From the human T2T-CHM13v2.0 reference genome, Homo sapiens, in assembly GCF_009914755.1 (NCBI RefSeq), contig NC_060946.1: a stretch of 64,000 nucleotides of DNA. The stretch is one strand, 5' to 3'. Positions 18,490 to 36,850 of this stretch are shown in pieces. A program made the translations under genes and the position numbers. Within the stretch, counting starts at the first letter, position 1, and each line of letters starts with the position of its first letter. The notes under the pieces are model-generated. The model saw only the letters and a list, made by a program, of their open reading frames with translations, searched no databases and was not told the origin of the DNA.

Positions 18490-19790
18490 TTTGGTCTCAT
18501 ATATTGTGAGGCTGGTTTGTTATTAGGGGCATAAAGAGTTAGGATTGTTATGTTTTGTTGATTAACTGAACCTTTTACTATTGTGACATGACATTTGTTA
18601 TTTATTGCTGGAATTTTTTTTTTTTTTTTTGCTATGAAATCGACTTTGTTATTAATGCAGCCACTCCTGCTCAGCTGCCTTTGGCAACTGTTAACATGTA
18701 TCTTTTTCCATCCTTACAACCAATTTGTGTCTTTACATTTAAAGTGCATTTCTTATAGGCAGCCTGCAGTTGGGTCTTGCTTTCTTGCTGAGCCTGACAG
18801 TCTGTATTATAGTTGAGGTTCTTAGACAAGTGTCATTTATAATGTGACTATTGATACAGTTATGTTTGTCTAGTAGCTGTTTGATTGCTACTAGTCCCAA
18901 CTGTTCTTTGTTCCCCTTCTTTTCCTGCTTTCTTTTAGATTAGTCAACTGTTTTTTACTATTCAATTTTATATATATTTTTGGGTTTATTAGCGATAACT
19001 GTTTTGCTATCTTAGTGTTTAGGATTTTTAGTATATAATTTTAACTTATCACAGTTCACCTTCAGTAATATTATGCATCATAGATGGTATAAAAATTACA
19101 ATGATACATTTTCATTTTTTTCTGTCCCAGACACTTCCTTCCTGAATCTGTGAGATTATGGTTTGTATTAAGGGTTAGAATATTTTGGGCCATTTTTTCT
19201 TTATTTTTTTTTTCTGTCTCTTCTTTTTTATTTGGGGAGTTATCTGTGAGCTGCTTGAAAGTTTCTTGCAGTTTATTGTGTCAAATTTAGGAATTTTTCC
19301 TTTGTTATCTCTAATTTGTGTTTATTTCCATCCACTATAGTTTTTACTTCTGACAATGTAATTTGCATCTCTGCAAGTATGGTTCCTTTTTTTTTTTTAA
19401 AAAAAAAAAACCATCCCTGCTTCCACTTATTGTCTTGAGTTTTATTTGGAGTACAGAGATTTACTTAAAATCTTTCCATGCTTGCTTTTAGATTTGGGGT
19501 AATTCCTCACTCCTGAGGCAAGACCTTTCTGAATATTCATTGTCCTGTGAAGTATGTGGTATTTTGGCCTGGCTCATGGGAATGGACCCTCTTCCAGTCA
19601 TTGTGTGAACCCCAGACATAGTTTCTGCTAATTTTCTTTAACTTTTTTTAAATTTTATTTTCCATTGTTCTTAGGCAGTTTCCTAGCACACAAGCACTTT
19701 TCATTACTCCACTAAATACCCAAGAGGGAATCTCTGCACACCTCCAGGATTTGTTTCCTGTACTGCTTTTTTTCTCTCCAGTTTTCTGTC
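18490..19790 (-). mobile_element. Old L1M fragments
   Basis: T-rich degenerate L1-like sequence (CATTTAAAGTGCATTTCTTATAGGCAGC); boundaries approximate. Confidence 0.5.
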
Positions 19791-20527
19791 CTGTGATCTC
19801 TATCTGCTTTGGTTTTCCTAGCCTCTCAGCTTCATCACCCCAGCTCTATGTCAGATTTTCTCCCTTTTTCATGGCCTCGAACCTCTGTTAAAACTCTGTC
19901 AAAAGAGCTGGGACATTTGTAATGCCTGCTATATTTGTTTTCTGTCTTTCAGTGATCACCTACCATCTTCATTGCCTGAAGTCCACTGTGTTGAAAATCA
20001 TTGTTTAATGTATTTTGTCTGTTTTGTTTTTTATTCATTCAGATAAGATGAAAAATCAGTATCTGTTACTCCATCAGAGCTAGTAACAGATTGCAGCAGA
20101 GCTTCAGCACAGCACATGCTGCAAACTGGCCAGAGTGCTTTTCTTTCCTCTTTGCTTAACTGCTTCTTTCTCATCCTTCATTTCTCAGTGTAGCATCTCT
20201 TCCTCACGGAAATCTTCCCTGGGTGAAGTATAGATCAAATTATCTTATGCAATCATATAACTATGGTTTGTGTCTTTTTTACAGGACCCATCTGAGTTTA
20301 TAACTGTCATCTTTTTATCTTGGTTCTTCGCTATACTTTAAGCTAAAATAATAGCAGAAGTGTTGTCTTATCTTCAGAGCTTATTATAATATCTTCCACC
20401 TTGTAGGCACTCAATATGTACATACTTGTTCAGTGTCTGAATGAATACATGTTAAAAATGCACAGTCCTTTATATCCAGAAATCTACTCATGTATTTTAT
20501 CTCTACTTTGCTTTTTCCCGGTTACAG

Positions 20528-20797
<270 letters not shown>

Positions 20798-21272
20798 TAA
20801 GGAGAGGTTTTGTAATTATGAACTTTCCTTCTAGGATTTAACAAGGAAGAAAGCTTCTTAATCTTATAGAGTGTGAAATTATTGGATATAATATCACTAG
20901 TTCTTAATTGTGAATACTTCTCTAATAATTAAATGCATATTCTTTTAAATCATAGTTTTAATGGCTGTATAGAATATTATGCTTTGGAAATCTCATTATT
21001 TAATTGATGAATTGAATTTTAGGTTTTAAAAAGTTTTTGTAATAATGCTACAAGGAACATCTTTTATATACACATAGTTTTCTACATTTCTAATTATTTA
21101 CCTTGGATAAATTCTTCTGGTTAAAGTATAGACACTTTTTTAGATCTGTTTTAGATCTTTGATCAATATTTCTAAATTGTTCTTAAGAATGTTTATATTA
21201 ATTTATAATTCGACCAACAGAGTATAAAACAGATATTTTTCTTTACACAGAATAATTATTTTAAAAACTATC

Positions 21273-21578
<306 letters not shown>

Positions 21579-22315
21579 TTATTCTTAATATGCAGGGAAT
21601 AAAAAGTAAAATAGAAAGTGATTACTGATTAGCTTATTCAACATCTCTGTCTCTGCTATGTAGATAAAATTAATTCAGTTTTATGCTGAAGACATGTATT
21701 ATTCTTTATTATTTAATTAAATATTAGATCTTGTGTTGTTCCAAAACATATTCTAAAATTGGTTATAAAATACATACTAATCAACAGGATAGACTGGAAG
21801 TGTTACCCAAAAAACAATCTTAAAAAGTGTAGGGTAACATATTACATTCTTAACCTAGTCTTGGATTACAATAATCTGTAGATATGTTTCATAAAGACAT
21901 CAAAAATGCTATCTTACAATATAAATTATGTTTAGGGATACTTGTAATGAATGTTTCATGAAGATGAAAATGTATTTCTAGTGAATGTATCAACTTGTTT
22001 ATAAAAAGTAACTTTATGTTAATTAACTAAATGATTCATCCTAACTGAGGAGTAATTACTGTGTGAAGAAAAGATAATTTTTATCCTGTAACTTTACTGA
22101 ATAATTTTCAACATCCTTTTTCATACTATTTGCTGGAGTTACTAGTAACAGAAACTTATGCAGGTTGTTCTTTTATCAATACATTTCAACTTACACATGT
22201 CCTTTGGATGAGATTGAGGTGAGAAACTAAAAACATGAGAACTAGAAAGAAAAATAATATTTAAGAACATAGAAATTTCATTAGGATAATAAACCAACAT
22301 ACGAATGTTTTCTAA

Positions 22316-23067
22316 TATCAACAAAGAGAGTCAAACTCTGTAAGATATTTGAAGAGATTTATTCTGAGCCAAATATGAGTGACTGTGGCCCCTGACACAG
22401 CCCTCAGGAGGTCCTGAGAACATGTTCCCAAGGTGGTCGGTGTGCAGCTTGGTTTTATTCATTTTAGGGAGGCATGAGACATCAATCAAATACATTTAAG
22501 AAATACATTGGTTTGGTTCAGAAAGGCAGGCCAACTCAAAGCTGGGGTTTCCAGGCTATAGGTAAATTTAAACATTTTCTCGTTGACAATTGGTTGAGTT
22601 TATTTGAAGAGCTGGGATTAATGGAAAGAAATGTTCAGGTTAAGATAAATGATTGTGGAGACCTAGTTTTATTGTGCAGAGAAATCTCTCAGCAGACTTC
22701 AGAGAGAGCAGTTGTAAAATGTTTCTTATCGGACCCAAAAGGGTGCCTGGCTGTTAGCTGATTATCCCCTGGATCTGCATAGAAAGGAAGGAAAACAAAG
22801 GGGAAAGGGGGTACTCTATGGAATGTGGATTTTTCCCACAAGAGACTTTGCAGGGCAATTTCAAGGCATGGCAAGGAAATATATTTTGGATTAAATATTT
22901 TCTTCCTTGTCTCATAATGTTATGCCAGAGTCAGATTGAAAAGCAAGTCACAATATACAGGGTCAAATAAAACCCATCTGATGAGAATCCATGGTTTGTA
23001 GAGCATGACTCCCTGGACCCCTTAGGTAGGAATTTGGGCAAGATAAAAAATTAGAGCTTAGTCCTCA
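22316..23067 (-). mobile_element. ERV1 solo LTR, MER4 group (MER4D/E-like)
   Basis: Minus strand starts TGAGGACTAAGCTCT..ATCTTGCCCAAATTCC and ends ..CTCAGAATAAATCTCTTCAAATATC..GTTGATA; near-TSD CTAA/CTGA. Confidence 0.85.
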
Positions 23068-23086
23068 CTGATAAGATAAATTCTAA

Positions 23087-23293
<207 letters not shown>

Positions 23294-23420
23294 TAATGTT
23301 TGGTAAAACTTCATATTTCTACTCATTAATATTACTTACAATATCTCTTTCATTTAATGTATATTATTTAGACCTAAACAGTCCCCAAATTTTATTTCAT
23401 CTTAAAAATGAATCATGGTG

Positions 23421-23768
<348 letters not shown>

Positions 23769-24744
23769 TTATAATAAATCTTGAAATATTTTATTTTAGT
23801 TCAAAGGCCTTATGAAAACAATGCTATTCTATAATATATACTTAATGATATTGTAAGTATTTTGTTCCTTGTGACATAGTTCAGCATATTTTCCCCTATT
23901 TCATGTTAATTACGTTTCAAATGTTATGGAAAAGAAATAAAAGTTATCACAATAGTAAATAATCTCATGATTCTCTAAAAAGAGCTTTATAAATTTAATT
24001 TTCTTGCCTTTTGGTGTCTTGAAATAGAAGATTATTTTTGTATGTATGTATCTACCTCACAGAAGTTATTGATTTGGTGGAAGAGCACTAGGAGTAGAGT
24101 CAGAAAAGCTGGGAAAAATCCTGCAGCTTCCTTATATTTTTAACCTTTTGCTATAGAATTATAACTAAATGAGTTCATTGATTTGTGTGTGTAAAAGTGC
24201 TTAGTACAATGCCTAGACTTATCATTTATCAATAAATATCATTCTTAAAACTGACAATAAAAATATTAGAAAAGTAGAATATCTAGACAATATTTTAGAA
24301 AAAGGGAGCTTAAAGAATTTGGAAAATGTCATTCATCTGTCCAAATGTCTGCCAAGCTACGGCTCTCACTACAGGGAGAGGTATAGTTTAGATGTTAGAG
24401 TGTAAACCCAATTTTTTAATGTGGTCATAGTTATTAATTCTTTATGCCTTGCAAATTGTTGTAATTCAGTAAAAGCCTTTTTTCATCCTGAAATTTAAAA
24501 AAATTATCTAGTGGTTTTTTTTTTGCTTTCATGGATTCACTGTCTTCAAATAAACTTTTGAACTTTGGGGAATTTATGCCATATGAAGTTTGAGGTTTTG
24601 ACTCAACTTCTTTTTTCCCATTTAGATATACAGTTATGGCAACCTCTCATTGTATAAATGTACGGGTTATTATTTAATTTCAGAAACAATCACAATATGT
24701 TATCCTATTGGATACTAGTTACAAGTTTTCTTTGTTTTATTTAG

Positions 24745-25710
<966 letters not shown>

Positions 25711-27040
25711 TAATATTTGGTTACAGCTGAATGTTGGATCTAGTTGAATATAAAAAAGGATACATATGATAAATATATCTGCTTAGAAACATTCCTTGTT
25801 TCCAACAAGTCAAAGTTAGATCTGAGAGATGTTTTCCTCTGATTAAAGTCAATGTGTCACTTATAAAATTTTAAGTTATAAAATGTTAATATAGACTAAT
25901 AGTAATAATATAGTCATACTACTGAAATAATAATTTTAATGTATTTATGTTGCAACATTTTAAGACCATGATAAATCAGATATATGGAAATGCTCATACC
26001 TAAAATGGTATTTTGAAGTTGATTCAATAAAGTGCGGTACTTTGACAGTTAATTTCAGATTTCCTAGATGAACTGAAGTGTATTCCCTATTTCATAATTA
26101 CTTTTCTTCAGTAGCTTTAAATATGTCTTAGTTGGTAAAATTTTGTTTTTCTTCATGTCAGTTTGACTTAAATCTGAAACTATTTCAATCTCAAGTTATG
26201 TATAGATATGATCATTCTATTCTTCAAAGGCATCTAATTTTACTTATAATATGGGGAAAATGCAGTAAATTTTAGCCAAATAATATTTGATTTAATCTTC
26301 CCACTGGCATTTATAAATTACTTTCATTTTTAAATAAAAAATTTGCTCATAATTTTTATTTCAAGGATCAATTACTATCATTTGGATATAACTTTGTTCA
26401 GGACAAAAAGAGGCATAGCTATCTGTGATTTATTAGTTTGACACTGGATCCCCATTTTCAGACTAAGGAGGATTTCAGACTAACGAGGAGTGGCAGGACT
26501 CAGAGTAGGAATGGAGTGAGTAGGGAAGAGAGATATAGCAGCTGAGTCAGGGTGGGAGGTGGAGGGCAGGTTACTTAGAGCATCTAAGGCCACTGTAATT
26601 TTACTTTTCTTCTGAGATAGACATCTATTGGAAGGATTTAAGCAGATGATTTAATGTGAGGAACTCTGAGGTTGATTTGAGTTTCTAATAAAAAGAAAGA
26701 GGGAAATCATTCCACAATGTATAATTTACTACCATCGGTCTCACCCACATACTCATTTCTTTTTGAGACTTCAGGTTTTTAAGCATTGCAGATTCATCAG
26801 GGGAGGAATGACTAGTGGGCTGAATATGTTGTGTGAATAACAATACCAGTTTGGCAGGAAGATAACACCTTCTGTATCCTTAACTGGATTCAGTAATACA
26901 CAGGAATGTGTACACATGAGGAAAAGAAGGTGAATCGATCTGTGTGGTGATATTTTTCAAAGTGTATGCTTTAGAGTTAAATATTATTAATGGTTTAATA
27001 ATAAGGTGATTTGTAAAATCAGTAACAAAAATAACATCAA

Positions 27041-27232
<192 letters not shown>

Positions 27233-27275
27233 TAGCTAGTTAACTAATATAAAGTGTTTTGGGGTACTAATTTTG

Positions 27276-27386
27276 GTGGATGGCTTTCTTTTGTATTTTT
27301 ATTATAATTAATTTTATTAAAATTTTATAGTGGATGGCTTTCTTTTGTATTTTCCTTATTATTATTTTTATTAAAGTTTTATTATA
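27276..27386. repeat. Tandem duplication of a ~54-bp unit (GTGGATGGCTTTCTTTTGTATTTT...)
   Basis: Two adjacent copies starting at 27276 and 27330. Confidence 0.8.
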
Positions 27387-28380
27387 ATGAACCTATATCT
27401 TAATCTCTTTTATTCTGCCATTTTTTATACATATTTTTTTCTTAAATATTTAACCTTAGGAAAGTTGAGAATTATGCATCATTTCTCACAGAAGTTGAGA
27501 GAGTTTTTTTTTTTTTTTTTTTTACCTGTTAAACAGTCTATTTTTAATGATTTCTCTGTTGGCATGGTGAGGCAAGCCAGATTAATTCAGAGGACAATGT
27601 CTAATGGAATGTTTCAGAAAATTATCTTATTTTTAGTCTCTACTTTTCTGAACGTATAAAGAACTTGTGTGTACTTATTTCATAGATTTCAGGTTAACTT
27701 GTTCAGAAAGGCCATTTTACTGAATAAATTTTTATTATGAAGAAAATCCTTACTCTCTTTCTATTGGGCTCAGAGAACACATTTTGTCTCTATATGAATA
27801 GGACAGTTAGCATTTGCCAACATGTATCTATTTTCTCTTATTTATAGAAAAAGCTAAACTAAAAAGGGGGTTATAGAAGGTCAGCAAAGGATGAGTTTGA
27901 GATGTTCAGGTTGGTTAAGTGGGCATTTAGACAACAAGGTTTCTCCTTTGGCATGTTTAATGGACATCTTTGCAGTTTAAGATGACGCTTTTAAATTACT
28001 TCTCTCCTAATGATGACTTGAGTCCTGCTATTCAATGGGAGAGTCAATAAGATCCTGTAGGATCTTATTTGGAACTGACTTTGTCGATTTTAATTTTGTT
28101 CCTGCTTGTTTTTAAATTTTCTTGTTGTTTCCCTAGAAAGGAAAGATGTCGCTTAGTTTTAAATATTTAAAAATGTGCAAGTTGCTTTGCTATAATAAAA
28201 CTAAATGCATACATACAAAAAATAAAATTATAGTTGATGTGGTAGTGTTTGGAATTCAAAATATAAATGCTTAGCGTGAGGTAATCCTTTATCTTTCCAC
28301 ATTTTACCAGTTTGCAAGTTTGAGTATTTAACTGATAAAATGTAATTCAAAAGCAAGAAGAATGTGTTTTAGTCCTAGAG

Positions 28381-28580
28381 CAGGGGTCTGTGAACTTTTC
28401 TGTAAAGGGCCAGATATTATTTAAGGCTTTGTGAGCCATAATATCACTGTTGCAATAACTCAGCCCTGCAGTTATAGCACAAAAGTAGCCATGAACAATA
28501 TGCAGATTGAAGGGGTGTGGCAGTGTCCCACTAAAATTAATTACAAAAAACAGGTAATGGGATGATTTATCCTAGATTCT
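28381..28580. mobile_element. MER58A-like hAT DNA transposon
   Basis: CAGGGGTC..AACTTTTCTGTAAAGGGCCAGATA start. Confidence 0.7.
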
Positions 28581-28707
28581 GACCTTTTTTAAATAAAAAA
28601 GATTGTGATAGTCTAAAATATTTATATATATTTTGTTGATTCATTCATCTACTGATGGACATTTAGGTCATTTCCAAATGTAATTTTTTTTTAATTCTTT
28701 GTTTTAG

Positions 28708-28778
28708 TTTCAAGAAATACAGGATCAACTTACAGCTACTATAAGAAGTACTAAGGAGGTGGAAGGTGACGCACAAAA
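28708..28778 (+). pseudogene. ANKRD36 exon FQEIQDQLTATIRSTKEVEGDAQK
   Basis: AG/GT boundaries, 71 nt. Confidence 0.88.
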
Positions 28779-29097
28779 GTAAAATTTGAAGCAGCACACA
28801 AAATAACTTGAGTATTTATAAAGCAAAAGAGCACTGTAGTATGAAAATTGTATCAGTTATGATAATAAGTATGTCTTTGTGAAGCCAAAAAAGTTTCATC
28901 TGTAAGCTATATTGAAATACATCATTTTTCTACATTATTCCTAAATTTTGCATATTATCAAAACACAGGTAGAAAAATGACAGTAGCCCAGTCATCTACT
29001 TTTGCAATTGCTAAGAATTTGTGTAATTATACCTTCAGAAGTTTGTTTAGAATTTACATGATTTAAAAACAATTATGTGTGAGAGTAATTATTTTAA

Positions 29098-29211
<114 letters not shown>

Positions 29212-29265
29212 TGATCTCTTAATTTCTGTCATACTGAAAAGGAATTTTATTTTTCCAGTAGGATG

Positions 29266-29612
29266 GGTTAAATATCCCTTGTCCAAAATGCTTGGGACCA
29301 AAAGTAGATTTTTTCTCAGATTTTGGAATATTTGTATATAGCTAATGAAATAGCTTGGGGATGGTACCTGAGTCTAAACATGAAATTCATTTATGTTTCA
29401 TATATACCTTATGCACATAGCCTGAAGGTAATTCTCTACAATGTTTTACAGTAATTTTTTGCAGGTAACAAAGTTTTTACTGTTTTCACCAGAGCCTGTC
29501 ACATGAGGTCAGGTGTGGAACATTGCAGTTGTGGTGTCATGTCCGTGCTCAAAAAGTTTCAGATTGTAGAGCATTTTGGATTTCAGATTTTTAGATTAGG
29601 GATGATCAATCT
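29266..29612. mobile_element. Tigger4/MER46-like DNA transposon
   Basis: GGTTAAATATCCCTTGTCCAAAATGCTTGGGACC ... ATTAGGGATGATCAATCT degenerate terminal inverted repeats. Confidence 0.7.
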
Positions 29613-29704
29613 ACAGTACAGATGCTCCTTGACTTACAGTGGGTTTACATGATAATGTTTCTTGTTTGACTGAAACATTATAAGTAATATTTGATTTATT
29701 TCAG

Positions 29705-29734
29705 ATGCTGCAGGTGTTCAAGAGCTAGATGAAG
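29705..29734 (+). pseudogene. ANKRD36 stop-containing exon MLQVFKS*
   Basis: CAG acceptor, TAG at 29726-28, donor GTATGC at 29735. Confidence 0.82.
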
Positions 29735-30931
29735 GTATGCTGCCAAAATTTATGAATTAAATTCAAATCATTGATTTCTGAAATAAACTCTAATTAATGA
29801 ACGGTATTCCTCTCAATTGCTTGGTTAATACATGCTACATTAAATATTTTTTCTTATACACATCTAGTGAAAGATGTGAAAACATAAACATTCATAGTGA
29901 AGGGTATACTTATGCTTTGTTACTTCGTCATGTTCCATGGCTTTAAAAAAATCACAAGAAGTCTGTGTATCTCTCTTTTTCTGGCCCTACACTTTTCTTC
30001 TGCCACCCCAATAGAACTGTCAGCCTGCACACTGAAACTGTTCTCAGAAAACAAAGGCATCATCAACTTCTCAAGGTTAAGGTAGTGATTTAAGCTAACA
30101 GACCCCACACTCATGTGATAATAATTGGTTAAGCAATTACAGGTCACAAGCAGTCACTTGACCAGTGACATTTTAAATCTCTAGTCATTGACTTTGTCAT
30201 TGGTTTACTTTTGCACCTGGGAAAAGTTGAAAATTCCTTAGCATGGAATCAAAACTCTCACATCAGTGTGGTTCTTGTCAGGTTATTCAGCCTTATCTTT
30301 CGCCACTTACCATACTCTGCAACTTTGTTCTAGCATCCAGACAAACTAGACTACACGGAGCTCCACAGTGATCATCCTCACCTCCAGCTCTTTGCATTTA
30401 CTTCTTCCCTCTATCCTACATGTGTTTTCCTTCCCCTTCAGATATCAACCTATGAATTGCCTCTACCAAAAAGCCTACAATATTGACACAAACCTGGGCT
30501 AGTATCCCTTCTATGTCTTCCAGTAAGTGGCGTCTTATGCCTGTCATTGTACGTATGACTCTGCATGGGAATTGCCTGTTTGTTTTTTCAGATTATAACA
30601 TACAGTTGTTGAGGGGTGGACCGTATCATCTTTATCTTGTTATTCCAGTGCTTGTCCTAGTACCTTAGCACATGGTTGCTGAATACATGAATGAAGAGTG
30701 AGAAACCAGAAGCTCTGATACTTAACTGCCATGATAATGAATTCAGTGTGCAACTATGGGCAAATTATATTTAATAGTAATTGCATATTGTACATATTTT
30801 TCATTCTAATTAACACTGATAAACTTTTCAACTTATACTGACTTTCTCTTAGTTAACTGTGAAATCATTTAGATAAAGAATATAATCCTTTTTCACTCTA
30901 ACTTCTGAATTATAATCTGAATCCTCTATAG

Positions 30932-30970
30932 CAGGGGTCCCCAACCCACAGGCCACAGTCAGGTCCATGG
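30932..30970 (+). mobile_element. Truncated MER1-like left end
   Basis: CAGGGGTCCCCAACCCACAGGCCACAG..GGTCCATGG with no remainder. Confidence 0.55.
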
Positions 30971-31696
30971 AGTATACAGTTTAAGACCTCTGCTGAACAG
31001 CTATACCTCCATGCTTGTTTCCAGTGGCCATGACACTTTATTTAAATATGTAAGTTTTATTAAGACTGAGCTCTTAAAAAGAAAAAACCAAGAACCTTAG
31101 ATACAACTAGTGAAGAATTGAGACCTGTCCATATTTAAAACCAAGCACACGATACCACTTAAAAGGTTCCCCAGAAAGCCTCTATCCTGAAATGCTTGAA
31201 AGTGAGCAGTGCTGACTCTCGATTATTACCAATTGCATTAAATATGACACTTGTTTTGTTTCTTTTGGCTATAAGGAGAAAATGTCATTTTGTATATGAG
31301 TGAGCACAGAGGAGAGAGACTGGGGGAAAGAACAGAATGAGCTAATAATTTTTTACTAAATACTCCAGTTCTCAGCTTTTTAAATCAACAGACAAAATGA
31401 ATCAGCTAAACCTAAAATCTTTGTGAATAGTATAAATTGTCTTTTAAATTAAATGCATATATTTTTATGTTTTACTTTTTCAAGACAAAAGCAGGATATT
31501 AGTACAATATAAGATTTATAGAGGAGCAAATTTCTTGAGATAGGAAACCCTTAAAAGCAGTATTTAAAGTGCTTAAATACTGTCACATATGTTTAATAAT
31601 CATAATACTTAATTGTGAGAACTGGGAGCTCATGTTACTACTAAAACCAAATAAAAATTCAATACATATTTGTTAACTCAATTTAAGGATGTTTAC

Positions 31697-31801
31697 CTTA
31701 ATACTGACAAAGTACGGATGGTAACACTGACCACACTGAGAACAGGCAAGTAATCTTCCTTCTGCTCCTTGGCCAAAACTGCCACAAACTACACACATAT
31801 C
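31697..31801 (-). pseudogene. KMT2C: KMT2C exon 18 copy (PHD4: DMCVVCGSFGQGAEGRLLACSQCGQCYHPYFVSIK)
   Basis: AG acceptor and GTAAAC donor, 105 nt; a Zn-ligand Cys is replaced by Phe. Confidence 0.93.
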
Positions 31802-31993
31802 CTGAAGTTAAGAAAGCAGAACATATTTTAAATGGAGACTAAGCTAAAAACCTACAAATTTTACTTTAAAAATACCTTCTTAACTAATATAGCTCTATAG
31901 CTAAATATTGGATCACTTCTGTGTAGATGAGATAAAGCAGAAATGTGCAAGGAGGAATTCAATGAGGAAGACAGTAAATTGTCAAGTTCAAAC

Positions 31994-32095
31994 CTGATTC
32001 AAAGTGAACTTGTCACTGCTAGAAAACAACACAACCGTAGTGTGCATAGAGTTTTCTTCATCATCCTTATTTGATGAAATATCTGCAGTAGACAC
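31994..32095 (-). pseudogene. KMT2C: KMT2C exon 17 copy (VSTADISSNKDDEENSMHTTVVLFSSSDKFTLNQ)
   Basis: AG/GT boundaries, 102 nt. Confidence 0.92.
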
Positions 32096-32496
32096 CTATA
32101 AAAAGCAAAATACACAAAATACGAAGTTATATTTTTCACTTGTTTTACACTTAACTGAAAAGCTTCAGAAAATTCATAATCAAAACATATATTTTTGCTA
32201 AGGTCTAGAATAACGATTCCAAATATTAATGCTAAGATACTACAGTAAAATGGAGTCATGACATTTTATTATTCAACTCATTCTCTCTTTAGAGGTAGAA
32301 TTCCTTTAGACCAAGAAGTAATGAGAAAATATAATAAACCTGTCTTAGTAAGACTTGATTATGCAGAATTCTAATCAAGAAATTATAAATGATAATATTA
32401 TAGGTATGTACACACACAAATCTATCACTATTTTAATGACACACACTTGGGATCTGCAATGTAGTTAGTCTGAACTGAGATGTCCTGCAAACATAA

Positions 32497-32850
<354 letters not shown>

Positions 32851-33243
32851 TCATTGTAACTTATTAATGTGGCTACTAGGAAGTTTTAAATTGCATATGT
32901 GGTTCTCATTATATTTCTGTTAGCACCGCTTTAGAATATTATTTTGAATAACATCCAAATTTCAGTATTAGCCAAATGATTATCAACCAATATTGTTCAG
33001 TCTGGACTTAGTTCTATTTGACTAAATCAACTAAGTACCCACTGGTTTGTTAATAATTTCTAGAGTGATTATGAAACAAAATAAAGCTCTGAACTAGAAG
33101 TTGTAGAAGAAGACAAGGAGGGCACTGCCAAAATCATAAAATACAGTCCTCTTTCTTTAAAAAGCTTACAACCGAGGCCTGGAAAGACAGAGTTGAAACA
33201 CAACAGGTTATGTTCAAGGTCAAAACATAACACAACTGAATTA

Positions 33244-33621
<378 letters not shown>

Positions 33622-33824
33622 TCAAACTCGATGTCATCCTTTTTCTCTCCACTGAGAAATGACCACTGGTTATCAAAAAGCACTCCAATATTTAAAGTGA
33701 TCTGACTCCCAGTCACAGCGTGACTGAATTCTTAGAAACATACAGCAGGTGTTAAGTATTTCTCTTGGACTGATTTATGAGAGAGGAAAGCCCTGAACAT
33801 ATAGAAAATACATTTAAAAGCAGA

Positions 33825-34143
33825 TTTTTTGTTTTTTTTTGGTTTGTTTGTTTTTGAGACAGAGTCTCGCTATGTTGCCCAGGCTGGAGTGCAGTGGCGC
33901 AATCTTGGCTCACTGCAAGCTCTGTCTCCCAGGTTCATGGCATTCTCCTGCCTCAGCCTCCTGAGTAGCTGGGACTACAGGCACCTGCCACCATGCCAAG
34001 CTAATTTTTTGTATTTTTAGTAGAGACGGGGTTTCACCATGTTAGCCAGGATGCCAGGATGGTCTCGATCTCCTGACCTCATGATCCGCCCACCTCGGCC
34101 TCCCAAAGTGCTGGGATTACAGGCATGAGCCACCATGCCCAGC
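33825..34143 (-). mobile_element. AluY/Sc
   Basis: Dimer, reverse complement. Confidence 0.93.
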
Positions 34144-35389
34144 CTAAAAGCAGTTTTAATGGATAGTACTAATGCTTTATAAGAGCAATTTATAGTCATA
34201 TGAACCCTAATGACTACAAGTGTTAATAATGCCAATATTCATCATTAGGGAGTAAATAAAGCCATGACAAATCCAAACATTAGAAAAGTATGCAACATTT
34301 TAAAAGTAGGGAGGTAGAAACTTGTATAGACTGCCATGAAAGAAATTATCAAAAGACACTGTTGAGTGAAAAAATAAATTGCAGAACAGTATTTGAGGTA
34401 TAGCACTATAATATAAAAACATGCAAAGCCATTACATGTAGTCTATGGGCACATATAATAGGCTGACTCATAAGAAATTGCTGCTTTTCATCAGTTCAGA
34501 AATAATATTGGCAATTTCATATGGATCAACCTAATATATAAATATACCAAACTGGTAACAGGGAAATAAGGAGGACTGAGGAGTTAGTAATGGTAAATTC
34601 TGATATACCTATAACGCTTTAATTTTTTAATAGAGAAAATGTATTGATGTGTTATATGCATAGCATTAACAAAATTAGCTTTCTAAGATTTTAGAGAATC
34701 ATCCAAGATGATTCACAGAAGTAGAATCATCATCATCAGTAAGAAATTAAGTGACTACTAAAAGTAATCATTAATTCAGTCATAGGACTAATGATGCATT
34801 GACAAGGCTATTGAGATATATAATTATGGAAATGGCTAAAATAGAGATAAAGTATCTATTTCTACCTCCCAACCACTAACAGAAAATTCAACACATTATA
34901 CACACTGAGCAGCTCAAAGAAATTGTAAAGATCCATTATTATTTTTAAAAGGAAATTTAAACAGTGAATGCTTTCACTGAAAATGATAAACAATATATTC
35001 CCAGTATAAACTGGAAATAAAGTCTGCAGTAGAAAACTACAAAGTCCCTAGATTCAAGTGGGGGTGGGGAGTCATATTTGAATAATAAGTGCAGAAAAAC
35101 CAAAATATTTTAAAATAATTGTCCATGGAAGAAAGAAAACAGTATCATCTAGCTTGAAGACCCATTGTTTTTATTTTATAATTTATTTCAGACCTTTAGA
35201 CTGCTAGAAAAATAAAACCTAACTTGAGGGCAAAGGTAATCTTTGAGAAAATATGTGCTATTTTTGCCTGCATAGATAATAGTGTGATTTATCCAGAAGG
35301 TGATAGAAATATCATTTTCCTAGACCACAGATATAAGCCAAGGAGAACAGAAAGCTCTGACCTAAACTTCACAAGTGTCCCTTCCAAGC

Positions 35390-36850
<1,461 letters not shown>

